DNA from: Vitrella brassicaformis CCMP3155 | Taxonomy: Eukaryota; Protista; Chromerida | Reading direction: 5' to 3' | Length of the DNA: 64,000 nucleotides | Assembly (NCBI GenBank): GCA_001179505.1 | Contig: CDMY01000321.1 | Span: 1-64,000 of the forward strand | In this document: positions 35,661 to 48,560 of the stretch, one piece after another | How the letters are laid out: each line of letters opens with the position of its first letter | Numbering within the stretch: the stretch's first letter is position 1 | The notes under the pieces: model-generated | What the model saw: the letters and a program-made list of their open reading frames with translations, nothing else | The model's database searches: none | Told to the model about the DNA's origin: nothing | Translations under genes and position numbers: made by a program

Positions 35661-35850
35661 CGGTCGATGCATCCACACGACGATTTGTCTGTCACGTCTT
35701 TTGTACGTGCACATGCCGCGTACATGTATCGATCGTGTCCGTCAGTCGTTTGTATGTGTACACGCCGCGTACAATCCGACTATACATGTCGGTCAATCAT
35801 TGATTCGTCGACGTGAGTGCTTATCTGTTGAGTCAGTCGAGTTGTGCGTC

Positions 35851-36923
35851 ATGGTCAGACAACCCAATCCCGACACGCCAGTGTGTGTGACACCGGGCTG
35901 CAAGAGACGTGTCAAGGTTTACCCCCGAGGCAGGACACAACCCACCAAGTGCCCGATGTGCTTGTACGGCCAGTGCACGTCGCCCGGCTGTACCAACCCG
36001 GCCGCTTCGTTCAAGACCAAGGTCTGCCTCACGTGCGCCAAGAAACGCAAGAAGCAAGAGGAGAAGCAAGTCGACAAGCAGGAGGAGAAACCCAAGATGC
36101 GCGGCAAGACGAAAGGTACGCTGAAGAGACATAGAAACAAACACACAGACTGAAACACACGCACATTGCTTTGCTTTGCGTTGCCTTGCCTGGACGCGTG
36201 TGTGTCTCCAGTTCAGGCGTTCGTGGACGAGTACCCCTCCGTGTGTCAGGAGAAGTGCGATGAGATGGGCATCGTCGCAAGCTACGACAACATGCTCAAA
36301 GCCGCCCGTAAGTTCACAAAAGGCCAGGTTGCTGTCACTCGCTCGTCTTGATTCATGAGGACAGCAATGTGTCACTCATTCCTGGTGTCAGGTGCGTTGT
36401 TGAAGGGCGATCACACCGACGAGGGCGATGAGAGGGCCATGGCCGCCGGCCGCAAGGTCAGTGAAATCTGACGTCTGTCTAGTGGGAAGCACAGCGCTTA
36501 CCGATGTGTCTCTCAGGCCGCACTGTCCAAGATCACCAACGAACGAGAGAAGCAGGCCTACCGTGCCGCCAATCCCGACAAGGTGCTCATGTATCACAAC
36601 AACAGCGTCCACCACAATGCACTCAAACGCAAGCAAGAAATCGCCAACAAGAAGGTGGGCGCACACAAACACAGGGATGGGCGCCAAACACTCAGGTTGC
36701 CTGTATGTATGTGTGTGTGTGTGTGTGTCCGTCAGGTGTCTGAGTCGTCGCTCGAGGTGGATGGACTGGAGATCGTCGAGACGGGCGGCAAGAATGAGAA
36801 GGCCGGCGTCAAGAAACTCAAGTCGACGCACAATGAGGCAGAGGTTTGCCGGGGCAGGGATGAAAACACCATTTCTATATGGTTCGCTTTCTCATATTTA
36901 TATATGTGTGTCAGTTGACATGA
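35851..36923 (+). CDS. Hypothetical basic, Cys-rich (CxxxGC x2) putative Zn-binding nuclear protein
   Basis: CVTPGCKRR..CPMC..CTSPGCTNP..CLTC followed by KKRKK; six exons join in frame to LT*. Confidence 0.65.
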
Positions 36924-37313
36924 GCACGCAACAAGCCGACAGACACACATACATCGCAGAAAGAACGAGAGACAGTCAGTGACAAGACGGGACGGACGAG
37001 TCGGAAAGACGCCGGCACAGAACTGCATGCGACCTTTTAGTCAACCACACATCCACACCACGTTCAGAAATCAGCCATGAATCCGAACACACACAGACAG
37101 GTGTATACACCTGCATACCGAAGCCATTGCGATCGAGGCCCGACAGATCCAACAAGTCTCTTAAAACGTGGCAGCCGTCGATCTGCATGGCATACACACA
37201 AACACATCCACACGAAACAGCGCGGGAAGCGCACTACAGACGCAAGGGCCTCACCTCGCCATACAAACGCAACAACGGTACAATCATCGACATTGACAAG
37301 ACTATACGTGGCC

Positions 37314-38703
37314 TTATCTGAGTCTCGTGTTCCCGGGTGTGTACGTCTTGATGATCAGCTGTTCCGTCTTGCCAGGCGTCGATCCACGCCGCTTGGGGGC
37401 GTCAGCACGGCACCTGTCCTCCACCTCTCTCTCCCTCGCCGACCTCTGCCCGGCCCCTCTCTCCCGCGCTGCGTGTCTCGCGTCTTCCACCGCCCTCTCT
37501 ATCCGTCTCTGCTCGTCCCAGGGGCCGAGACGCCTTCTCAACGACTCAAGACGGATTGAGGAGGTGAGCCTCTCCGAATGAGCCGATGTGCGTCGGATGG
37601 CATCTTGCCAAGCGTCAAGCCCCCATCGGGAGAGAGAGACCCTCTGCTTGTCTCGGGATGAGACCTCCACCGGGAGGCCGAGCCTCGTGCGGACGTGGGG
37701 GGAGGTCGGCTGGTAGCTCTGCTCGTTGAGGCAGACGGGAAGGGCGGAGTCGTCGGCACGGTCGACTCGCTTGACATACATGCCCATTCGGCTCCTTCGC
37801 CTTCTCGACCTCTCCCTTTCGCTGCGGAGGCTCTCTGCCACCGATCGAGCGGTCGATGGCCGGCCGCTTCGAGACATGTTGTCATGGAGCTGTGCAGCCA
37901 GCTGGTCGAGGGACGCTTCGTCTTGAGGAACCCAGACATGGGCATGCAGCGAATGCCTCCGGCTGGTCCGCCCAGGCACTAGGCCCTCACTGACGGCCAC
38001 GCTGCGCTGCGAGGGAGACAGCAGCAGCGTTCTCGATGGCACGGATGACATGGCACCGGAGGCGCACGATTGGGCCATGTGTGAGAGGGAAGAGGAGGGC
38101 CGGGAATCGGTGGCTTGAGGGCGGACGAACAGCAGCGTCTTGGACGACGCTGTGTGAGCTGTCGACGGGCGTGTCGTGCTTCTGGAGTGGCTCATCAGAC
38201 GCACGGCTTCACCTCTGGCCACGGGGCTCAGCATGTCGACGCGCGCTACATCGAACAAACGCAGACACCGGGCCTTCTTGACGCTGAAAAGAGAGGACCA
38301 AACAGAACATGGAACAAGCAAACGCTTCCCACCCTCCCCATCTGTCTCCCCACCTGCAAAGGATGTTGTCTTTTCCCAGCTCTCTCCTGAACACACTCCT
38401 CCTCTCCACCCTCTCCCTCTGAGTCATCCGGGGCCCAGTGGACGCACCAGAAAACGACGATGCCGACGAGCATCTGCTGTGAGAGGCAGGCGCATAGCTC
38501 CGCAATGTAGCCGCCGAGGCGGGCCGGCTGAGTGACGGCGTCTCCTTTTTTGGCTGACTCGGAGTGGGGGTGAGGTTGAAGCTGATTCTCTTGTCCCCCT
38601 TGCTGGAGGAGGAGAGGGGAACGGTCGCCATTGGATGAGATCCCGTTCTTTCGGGTTCGGGGAATTCCGAAGAGATCGACATGGGGGTGATACAGTCTCG
38701 CAA
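37314..38703 (-). CDS. Hypothetical Ser/Arg-rich low-complexity protein (ends uncertain)
   Basis: Two long overlapping ORFs (38209-38703, 37314-38396) are separated by a GT-AG intron; RPSTA/RPASA repeats. A possible further 3' exon lies near 37120-37190. Confidence 0.55.
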
Positions 38704-39229
38704 ATTGTCCTTCCCGTTTTTCCTTGTCTCGGTTTGTTCACATCATACAGAAGGATGGACGTCTCGACACACACACGCCACACACACGTGCCTGCATGAG
38801 GCAGTCGGCGTCGATCTGTCCGGGTCGATTCACACACTGACTGACATAGTACAGCAACCCAGACAACAGCAGTGCCGAGCCTCCTACATACCTACGATGG
38901 CCACACGCATAGACGGACATCACCAGACACGTACGTACAGCACACGAGGGGACCCCTCAAGATGCAACCACACACGTCCCCCACAACACGACAAATATCG
39001 ACAGATCAGATCGACAGATCAGAAGCGTACGGGCCTTCATGCACCGCATCTGTACAGGAGGAGTGGGTGCTGCCGCTGCGACAGGCACAGAGTGTTGCTA
39101 TCGCGAAAAAGTAGCGGCTGTCATGTGATGGCGAAAAAACAGGTGCCGCCCTTGACTGTCAGTTCGCGGTGGTGACGATGAACTCCGCAGTCTATAGAGA
39201 GAAACGTCGTCCCCACAGCAGTCGGAGTG

Positions 39230-40105
39230 TCACGTCTTCTCCGCTCCTTCCCGCGGCAGTCCGAAAAGCTCCTCAAGCGACAGCTCTGCCCTGTCCGCCG
39301 GTGGAGGGGTCAGATCTGCGCCGTGACGGTCGAGCACAACAGGAGTCGGCTCGTCGGTGGAGGGCTCTTTCGCACCTGCACAGGACCACAGAACACAAAC
39401 CTATCGCCACTGGACTGAGCTGTTGGCATTACGTGTGGCACGTAAGTACCGGCATCAAGGAGCCTCTGCACTGTGGCATCAATCAGGTTCATCAGCGGTC
39501 GTCGGTACTCATAGAAATCGACACCCAGCTCCCTCTCCAGCGCCAGCCGAACCTCCCTCGCCGTCACATCCAGGCTGTGCTCACGCAGGTAGGCCTCAAT
39601 CCGTCCACACAGTTCCGGCCTCAAGCCTCCCCAGAGATACGAATGGGCGTCGTCGTCCATTCTCGCAGTATCCGGCAGGTAATCAGGAAGCGAGAGGGAG
39701 AGGGGAGGAGGGAAGAGGTCATCTGGTCCTGGACCCTCGCTGCCGTACACGCTGGCAAACTGACACTCAGGAGCTGCCTCAGCGTAGGATTCAGCCACAC
39801 CTGATGACAGAAAGACAAACAGGCGCGGTTGCACCCGTCGGTCCTTCCCGCCCTTCCTGTTTTTCCCTACGTTTCTCAGGATGCAGAGCGGCAGCAAGCA
39901 CGTCCAATCGCGCCGCCGGTGACAGCCTCTCGTACTCCTCCATTGAGCGCAGTAGGCTTTCCAGCGACTCATGCCTCTCGTCGATGCGAAGGGCGCAGGT
40001 GAGCAGAACTGCGCGCCGTGCGGGAGGCAGCGTGGTGTAGTCGGCGCTGGAGAAGCCAACAGAAGCAAGAGCTGCATCCAGTGCCTCAAGAGGGTCAGAT
40101 GTCAT
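39230..40105 (-). CDS. DEK C-terminal (DEK_C)-like domain protein
   Basis: ELCGRIEAYLREHSLDVTAREVRLALERELGVDFYEYRRPLMNLIDATV fits the DEK_C pattern; three exons, stop at 39230. Confidence 0.7.
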
Positions 40106-40239
40106 CGTCGGTGACTGCTGGGTCGGTCAAAGGGCCATCATCAGGCCGTGTGCCATGTGTCAGTCATTGATTCGGTCACAGCTTTGGCTCACCACCAATA
40201 CCCTGCAGCGGTTTGGTGGAGCACCCTACCACCAAACCC

Positions 40240-40247
40240 TGCGAGCT
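40240..40247. promoter_or_regulatory. TGCGAGCT in the DEK_C/ABHD spacer
   Basis: Exact octamer starting 30 nt upstream of the predicted ABHD ATG. Confidence 0.55.
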
Positions 40248-40269
40248 CATTGATCAGTGGCGGTCTTGG

Positions 40270-42219
40270 ATGAATCGGCTTTTCCGGTTTTCAAGCAGCG
40301 CCCATACTCGCGGCCATCATCCTGTTGCTCTCTTGCTGCCCTCATTTCTTGCTGGGATCGCCACCTTCGCTCCGCCAAGTCCTTCCCTGCTAAGGGCCGC
40401 CGCTGAGCCAATGTGGGTGCCCACAAGCGCTCGAAGATTGGACGAAACAGAGAAGCGAGTGCTTGACGAGTCTGTTCATGGACAAGGTCAGGAGGAGAGG
40501 ATTTCATGGGTGCTGCGCTGGCAAGCAGCGATGCTGTCTTCTGTGCGTGTGTGTGCAGGCCACGTGACTTATTTGAGGAAACCGACAGCCATTGTCCACC
40601 GCGGCGAAGATCACCACATCCATACTGTCACATACTCAGCGGGCAAGCCCAGTGACAGTCCTCCGCCTGACTCGCCTGCCAGTGGCTCAGAGAGCACCAG
40701 CAGCTCCTCGGAGGGCAGGGCCAGCTTCCCTGTTGTCTTCTGCCACGGCTATGGAGGCGGCTGCGGCTCCTTCGCGAGAGTTATGGCCAAGATGGTGCGC
40801 GACCATTCGCACCTGACATGCCATGCCATCGACTGGCTGGGCTTCGGGCGATCCTCACGGCCTTCCTTCCGCTTCGACAAGGACAAACCGCTCGACTGTG
40901 CGGCGGAGTTCGTCGGTCAGTGAGTGCATCCATCACGCCGTCTTTTTCGTTGGATGCTCACTCACTTCATGCGCTGGTGTTGGTGCTGCTGGTGTGTTGC
41001 TGTATGTATCAGAGTCTCTGGAGGCCTGGCGGAGAGAGAAGGCAATCGACAAGATGGTCTTGTGCGGTCATTCGATGGGGGGCTATCTCGCGGCAGGTAG
41101 GAGCAAGAAACCGACGCTGACTGACGATCCTATCGGCGATCAGCGATCAGTGTTCTGAGTTGAATTAATGTGTGTGTCTTTGTCTCTTTGTGTCTTGGCT
41201 TGATAGTGTACGCGTCGCGGTACCCACATCGTGTCCACAAGCTCATCCTCGCCTCGACAGTTGGTGTGTAAGACAGGCAGGGCAGGCACCAACAGCACCG
41301 AGGGGACTCACTGATGTATGTAAGGCTGACGATGGGATGGGATGCTCCTGTCTGTCCATCTGTGTGTGCAGGCATCCAGAAGAAGCCGGAAGAGCTGCGG
41401 GATGGCTTCGCCGGCGCGCCTTGGTACGTCCGCACTCTCGTGGGGACGGTCAGGGGCCTGTGGGACATGGATGTGACGCCACTGGCTCTCCTCCGCGGTA
41501 TTGGCCCCATCGGACCGGGGCTGCTGAGGGGGGCGTTGTCAAAGCGGATAGGGGAGCACATCTACCCGAACGGCGAGATACAAGACTATGGTGGGCACCA
41601 TAGACAGACTGGAAGGGAGAGGTGTGTTCGGTGTGGTCAGCCTGCCTGCCGTGTTGTGTCCCTTGCGACTGCAGTGTATCACGTGAATGCGAACGCTGCT
41701 TCAGCCGACACCGCAATCACCACTCTGTTCGAACCCACAGTGTTTGCAAGGTGAGTGAGTGAACATCGAGGGAGGCATACACTCCGGACGGACCTTCTCG
41801 TACGTGTCCGCGCATGGGCTGTCTGTCTTTGTGCATGTGGTGTGCGTGTGGCAGAGAGCCTCTGTTTGATCGTGTGCGTCAGCTGCCGATGCCGACGCTC
41901 TTCCTCTACGGTGAGTGAGCCGACCGTCGTGTCCACACAAAATACATACATACATGCTGACGGCCGGTCACTCTTGTTTGTGCATTCGTTCCACTCACTC
42001 AGGCGAGCGTGATTGGGTGGATGCCTCTACTGGCCATCAGCTCAAAGCCATGAATCCGCAGGTAGGTCGGCAGCGCTGCGCTGCCTGCATATTGTGATTG
42101 ATGTCTGTCTTTGCTTTCAGACGTTCGACGTTCAACTGCTGCCCGACTGCGCGCATCAGATCACGGTCGAGAACTCCCATTCGTTCGCTGAGGCTGTTGG
42201 GGAGTTTTGCTGTCGATAG
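40270..42219 (+). CDS. Alpha/beta hydrolase, ABHD4/ABHD5/Cld1-like
   Basis: VFCHGYGGG, AIDWLGFGRSSRP, ESLEAWR, LCGHSMGGYLAA|YASRYPHRVHKLILAS, YG|ERDWVD, AHQITVEN. Confidence 0.9.
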
Positions 42220-42913
42220 TGGAGAAGACATATATCGGGAGGCGCAGCCTCAGGGAGTGACGCTCCATGAATGGTTGTGCATGACGATGTGAAATAGATA
42301 GATGTGGATGGCGCGACCAAGTCGACGCCTCAGGGACACGTGTTACTTCCTGGGACAGCAGATCTTGTGTGTGAGTCTCTGCCCTGTAGATAGATAGATG
42401 GACTGAATTCGCCTGTGCAGACTATCTAGACTGAATCCTCACAGATAGACTGACTCTCAGATCATGTGTGCAGACGGACAGGGAAGGCACCATGGCCACT
42501 CGTGCGGTTCGTTGTTCAAAGCGAGACGAAGAGCCCAGAATGCCCGAGCCGTGCCGCCGTGCCGCAAAAGCACGAAGAGGATCCGCTGAGAGATCCGCGC
42601 CTGCACTGGCAGTGGTTGTCAATCAGTGCAGCCCCCACCTCCCGCCCCCATCGTTCGGGCATCTTTTCCGGGAAGAGGAGTCCTTTTGCAGGTGGCTTTC
42701 GGCATCTGCTAGTTGGGCCCTCACCCATTTGCAAAGGAAAGACCGCCTGCTTCTTCCGTGGAGTCCGTCCCCCTGTCTCAGCGCTATCTCGGTCCTCTGT
42801 CTTGTCTTGCCTGGGCGCTTCCCTTCCTTTGCAGTCCTCCGTTCTCTGTGCAACTCTCCGCAGCTACGCAACGCTCGTTAAGCCTTTCAAGTCCCTGAGG
42901 TTCAACGGAGAAG

Positions 42914-44437
42914 ATGGCGATACCCACCCCGATATTCGCCGCAGACACGTGCCGCTCCGGCAGCAGTGCCGAGGAGCACCTGCTGCAGACGGTCATCTGC
43001 TGCCTGCTGGTGTTTCTGCCCTTCCTCATGCCCAAATCGGCTGTCGACCGGCTTTTCCAGATGCCCGCCATCGGAATGGCCTGGCTGACCTTTATCTACG
43101 GATTCGCTGATGGGTTCTGCAATGATCTCGTTGGCTTCTGCTCTGCGGCCAGGCGACTCATGGCACCCACTGGCAAGGCCAAGAAACACAAAGCCTCGCG
43201 AAAGGGCAAGAACGCGACGAAGAACCCTCCCTCCGCCACGACGTCGAGCCAAGGTCGCCCCACAGAGATCAAAGCGGGCTCATTCACTCTCATCTCAGCT
43301 GTTTCTGGCATCCTCCGAGCGCCTCTGGCTGCTCTGTACGTCTTCCGACTTCCCTTCGTCGGCCTGTATGCCCTCGTCTCTCGTCGTGCCGCCAAGCCAG
43401 CAACTTCCCCCCCTGAGTCGACAGCATCGCTCGCCAGCCGTCCCGGAGACGACAACACGACCACACGCGGCGGCAAGGGCAGGGCCCGCAGCAGCAAGAA
43501 GCAGGCAAGCCGAGTTCCCAAGGCCGCCAGCCCCCCCGTGAGCGGCGGCAAAGACACCAAGAAGGATCAAGGGGCGAAGAAGGTCAAGGCCAAGACACCG
43601 GAGGAGAAGAAAGAGCTGGCCCCTGTGGGTGAGGACAAGGGCTGGCAGAAAGTGGGCGGCAACCACAAGGTCAAGAACACTCGACCCGAGCTGGCCACCC
43701 GCAGCAAGGCCACGACAGCCACGGCGACCGAGCGGCCGTCCAACAGGTCGTCGGAAAGCCAGACGGAGAGCTCATTCGGCGGCCTCTCACCGCCCGAGAA
43801 GCACGCCACCCCGGGCAAAGACACCGCCGCCATGTCTCCCCCCCTGCCAGGCCCCCGCACCCAAGGCAACGAAGCGAACGGGAAAGAGGCCAAATCGGGC
43901 AAGGCTGTGGCCAAACAGGATGGACCCATCAAGGAGGGCATGAAAGCGGGCAGCCAGCCGCAGCCGCAGCCGCAGCAGCAGCAGCAGCAGTCGGGGAAGC
44001 CCCCCGTGGCTGCCGCTGTGGGTTCCCCTGGGCGTGTGGCGTATGACCTGCATAAGGTGTGTGTAGGTGCTGGTGAGTATGAGTTCCCGCGGCGGGGGGG
44101 CGGGATCACCGCCGAGACGATTCAGAATATTCGCGCGAGTATCGCTATGAAGGCTGACCTCAAGGACCTGCTGATCAAGGCCGAAGCTGCCGAATACGAG
44201 GCATCGCTCGGTCAGGCGAAGCACGCACGACACGACACGAGACGAGGCATGTCTCTCTCTCTCTCTCTCTCTCTGTGGCTGTGTTCCGCAGTGCGTGAGA
44301 AGCTAACGTATGAAGGCATTGTCCAGGGTTTGGTGAGTGAGCAGAAGCTGAAGGACCTGGCCATCCCCCTGGGGCCCCGCAAGCGCATCCTCTACTTCGC
44401 CGGCGTCATCCCCGGCAACACCATGTTCCGCCGATGA
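42914..44437 (+). CDS. Membrane-anchored low-complexity protein with C-terminal SAM domain
   Basis: N-terminal hydrophobic helices, a long K/S/P-rich linker with polyQ, and LKDLLIKAEAAEYEAS...LVSEQKLKDLAIPLGPRKRIL (SAM signature). Confidence 0.7.
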   Translation: MAIPTPIFAADTCRSGSSAEEHLLQTVICCLLVFLPFLMPKSAVDRLFQMPAIGMAWLTFIYGFADGFCNDLVGFCSAARRLMAPTGKAKKHKASRKGKNATKNPPSATTSSQGRPTEIKAGSFTLISAVSGILRAPLAALYVFRLPFVGLYALVSRRAAKPATSPPESTASLASRPGDDNTTTRGGKGRARSSKKQASRVPKAASPPVSGGKDTKKDQGAKKVKAKTPEEKKELAPVGEDKGWQKVGGNHKVKNTRPELATRSKATTATATERPSNRSSESQTESSFGGLSPPEKHATPGKDTAAMSPPLPGPRTQGNEANGKEAKSGKAVAKQDGPIKEGMKAGSQPQPQPQQQQQQSGKPPVAAAVGSPGRVAYDLHKVCVGAGEYEFPRRGGGITAETIQNIRASIAMKADLKDLLIKAEAAEYEASLGQAKHARHDTRRGMSLSLSLSLWLCSAVREKLTYEGIVQGLVSEQKLKDLAIPLGPRKRILYFAGVIPGNTMFRR

Positions 44438-44885
44438 ACACATACATCAAAACTCACAGACACACACAGAAAGGCACACTATATCGACGTGGATTGAGGT
44501 GGTGTGTGAACGACAAGTGTGAGAGGAGGTAGTTGTACCATAGATGGCGACGGTGTTTCAAGGGAGGGAGAGTGCGTTGGTTGAGAGAGAGAGAGAGCTG
44601 TCGATCGGGGACGTCGTCTGTCGTCTCGTGGGGGTGTACCAGCAGTGGGTGCCAGTGGATGGATGGATGGAGCGGCCGTCACACACGCCTGGATGGATGG
44701 ATGGCTGGACGAGAAACAGACACGAACGATGACGGATGGATGGATCGACGGACATACTTTTTCAACGAACATTCCTTCCTTCCTTCAACAATTGCAATGA
44801 ATGTCCTTCCTTCCTCACACACACACACACACACCGATCGTCTCGACATCGGTCGATGCCGCACACACACGAATATATGTCCAAT

Positions 44886-45766
44886 CTACAGCACGTGCCG
44901 CCCGTAGCCCATGCCCTCTATTTCCAGCTCCCCCTGCCTCACACGCGGCGGCGTCACGCCCCCAGCCACACTCCGCACATGACGCATTGCGTTGTACACT
45001 CCCTCATCCCGGTTCCTGCTGCGGCCCGTCGACTGCGCCCTCGGAGGAGGGGCTGACGGCTGTGGCTCGTCGAGGGGGGGCGAGGGCTCCTCTGAGTCGA
45101 GCGACTGGCGGGGGAGGTCGTAGTCTAGGTCGTTGAGTTGCGCCTGTGGGCTGTCCGTCGTGTACTTGTGCAGCTGGCCTTGGCAGCGGATGAGCTGCCG
45201 CCGGAGGTGGTTCGACAGATCCATCAGCTCCACACGCTCGTCCTGCATCCATCGAGGCAATTTTGCTTGCGCAGATGTGTGGTATCTCTGTCTGTGTGGG
45301 CACCTACCTGCAGGTGTGAGATCTGTTGGGTCAGGTGGTGGACTTTCTTCCGCAGCCCCTCGCAAGCCTGAGTCAGCTCCACACACGGCGCCTCCTGCAC
45401 ACATACACAACAAACAAAACACACACGCCAAGCCCGCTTCGTGGGTCTCTCTGCATGGCTACTAGGCCATTCGGTCATTTGCTCACCGCCTGCTGTGGCT
45501 GCTCTGCAACAGTCGGCCCCTCAGCGTCGCGACGCATCGCGGCAATGGCGGCGCGCAGACGGTCGTTCTGATGCTCCTGAGTCGACCGATCCAAGCACGA
45601 AACACGAAGGGGAGAAGTCATCCAGACCAGGAAGCGCATGTGTGTGTGTGTGTGTGTGTGTACCAGGTCTTTGAGTCGTGTGTGGAGGGCATCGGTGGTG
45701 TTGTCACGCTCATCGGCAGCCGGGGTCAGCCCGCCGGACTGCATAAGAAGGCATGGATTGATGGCG

Positions 45767-45797
<31 letters not shown>

Positions 45798-48473
45798 ACA
45801 CACCGTTGATCCATCCATCCATCCAATCGATTCCGTCCATCGACGCACCATCATGTGTCCGGGCGAAAGGATTGGCGATATCGGCCCCATGTCGCCCGGG
45901 AACAGCGGCACGTGACCCCTGCCGTCAGCAGCACCAGGGGCAGCACCAGCAGGGGGAGGCGGCACCCGTGTGGTCGCTGCCGCTGACGAAGGGTGGGTGG
46001 CGCCCGCCAGCTGGGTCTGCAGGCAAAGACAAAGAGCATCGATGTGTGTGTTTTCTGTCTCCTCTCTCTCTCTCGCCTCGTACCCTGAGCTGTTTGATTT
46101 GGTCTTTGGCCTCCTCTAGCTCGGCCAGCAGACGTGGCGGAGCCTCACACACGGGCCTGACAACCGCCCCACACATTTCTGCGCCCATTGCCGCCCCGTC
46201 TCGCGCACCTGCTCAGCTCCAGCAATGGAAAGGCCCCGTCTCTCTGCATCCTGCCTGCTCGAGTGGGCGAGCCCGGCGGGAGCGATGCCGCCCTCTTGTC
46301 GCCCCCGGGCCCATCTGCCACGGCGCCGTGTGTGCGATCGTTCCCCTCTGCTCGTGGCACGGTGGTGTGGAGGGTGTGTGCGAGCCGCTGCTGCGCCTGC
46401 TGGTGCAGGAAGAGGATCTCCTGCCGCCGCACGTCGGCGTCGCGCCGGGCAGACTCCAGCTGCTCCCTCACTCGCTGCAGCTCGATCGACGCCAGCTGCA
46501 CAAGGGATACAACACACACAGAGGCGGGCAGACAGAGAGATGTGTGCCGTCCGTCCGTCTGTCTGTCTGTCTGTGTCGTAAGTGCTGTGCCTGGCTGACG
46601 GCTGACCTGCATGTCTTGTTTGAGTGCCGGTATGACTCTACGCTCGAGGCACCCTAGCTTCTCCGCCAAGTCGCCCGCCTCAATGCCCTGCCATTCATGA
46701 TGGGATCGATCGATGCACCATACCGACAAATGGCGCATGGCATTTTTCTCTCCCCCCCCGACCTTGATACGCGCCTCTTCGCGAGCGGTCAGCAGTTCCC
46801 TCTCGTAGCCCTCCTTGGCCGCACACAACTCCTGCACACATGTACGTGTCACGCACACAAAATGGCGTTTTGTGGCTTGGTGCGATCGATAGCTGGCTGC
46901 CCGGCTGGCTGGCTGACCTTGTCTTTCCACTGTAGCTGGTTACGGAGAGACCCCACCTCAGTCTGATCATATGGATAGGGCACCAAAAGACACAAAACCA
47001 GACTCACTTACGAACGTACTCATTGCCGGCCTGTTGATGCGTGCACTGCATACCCGGAGCTGCTGGACGATTGTTTCCTTCTCCTGCTCCAACTGAGAAG
47101 TGACGGCCAGCAGCTTCCGTGCGGCTTCATCTCGGGCGCTGTTAGCTCGCTCCTCGGCCTCCTCACCGAGCCGCTGCACCTGCCGCTGATGCGCCATGGT
47201 CAACTCTCGCACCTGAAGTTGCCATGAATCGGCAGGCATATGGATGAATGGCTGGATGGATGTCCCATTAACCTGTTTGGCGTGGTCCTGGCAGAGCTGC
47301 TGGATGCGCTCATGCACATCGCCTGCAGCGCCTCTCAACGTGACGGCATGCTCGTCACGCAGGCGAATCAGCTCCGCGGCATGCGACTCACGCACCTCTG
47401 CACACACACAGGCGTCCGCACATCCATCCATGCAGTCATCCGCTCTCGCAGATAGATAGATGAGTACCTGCAAGCGTCTGCTCCATCTGGTTGCTCTTCT
47501 GCTGCAGCGACTGGAGCTGCTCCGTCAGCTGCTGCTGGGTGGCTCGCGCGTCGCCCAATGCCCTCTCCAGCAAGTGGCACTGCTCCTCTGCCTTCTGCCG
47601 CTTGACAGAGGTGGTCTCCAGCTCTTCTGTGAGGGAGGCGATGCGACTGGCGCCTGCATGCGATCATGTCATGCACCCACCGATCAAACAAAGAAACACA
47701 CATTGATGCACTCGTGCAGGAGGGGTGAGGGAGGGAGGGCGGGCCATTAATGCAGTGGGGCAGCTCACTGACTCACTCTCTTGTTGTTTGTTTTCGAGCG
47801 TGAGGATGGTGTTGAGGTGCTGCTGGCGGTCTCGGTCCTTGTCCTTGACGACCCCCTCCATCTTCTGCTCATAGAAGGCCCCGAGCTCCCGCTGCCGCTG
47901 CTCCATGGCCGCCTCCTTCTCGCGCATCGACCGCTGGCACCCACTCACAGCCGCCTCCATGTCGGCCTGCCTGCGCTTCAGCTCCGCCTCGTACTCGCCC
48001 TGGGCCGTCTGCAGCACCTTGCGCACCTCGTCTATCTTGCTCTGGTGGTAGGTCGACTCGTCCACCCGGCGGCTGAGCTCGTCCTGCAGCTTGGTCTCCA
48101 GCGATGCCACCTGGCTGTGCAAATCCCGGACCTCCTGCTCCTTGGCGCCCAGCTCGTTGAGGAGCTCGCTGGTCTTGGTGTCATAGCCCTCGAGCTCAGC
48201 GTCGCGCTGCCGCAGGAGCTCCAGGTTGTAGTGGAAGTCGTCCTCGAGACGCGCGAAGTTCTTTTGCACTGTGGCGAGCTCCGTTTGGTGGGCCGCCAGC
48301 TGGGCCTTCTTGCGATCAAGCATGGACTCGAGCTCCGCCAGCTGCTGCTGGTACAGCTGGGCCATCTCAGCCTCCTTGGCCTTGAAAATTTGGCGGAACC
48401 GGGACGTCGTCATCGTTGTCGAGTCTTGACGCGTGAGCAGCGACGGGTCGGCCTCACCTGCGGTGCCCTCCAT
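44886..48473 (-). CDS. CCDC57-like coiled-coil (centriolar) protein
   Basis: LEDDFHYNLELLRQRDAELEGYD matches the CCDC57 N-terminal motif; long heptad-rich exons run to 44886. Confidence 0.75.
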
Positions 48474-48502
48474 GATTCTATTGCCCAGAATAGTCCTCGA
48501 GT

Positions 48503-48522
48503 TGCGAGCTCCACTGCGAGCT
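48503..48522. promoter_or_regulatory. Tandem TGCGAGCT copies in the CCDC57/ADPRM spacer
   Basis: Exact octamers at 48503-48510 and 48515-48522 in an 87-nt spacer. Confidence 0.6.
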
Positions 48523-48560
48523 TAGACAAGGGAGATGGCGATGATCTCCAACGCATTTTG

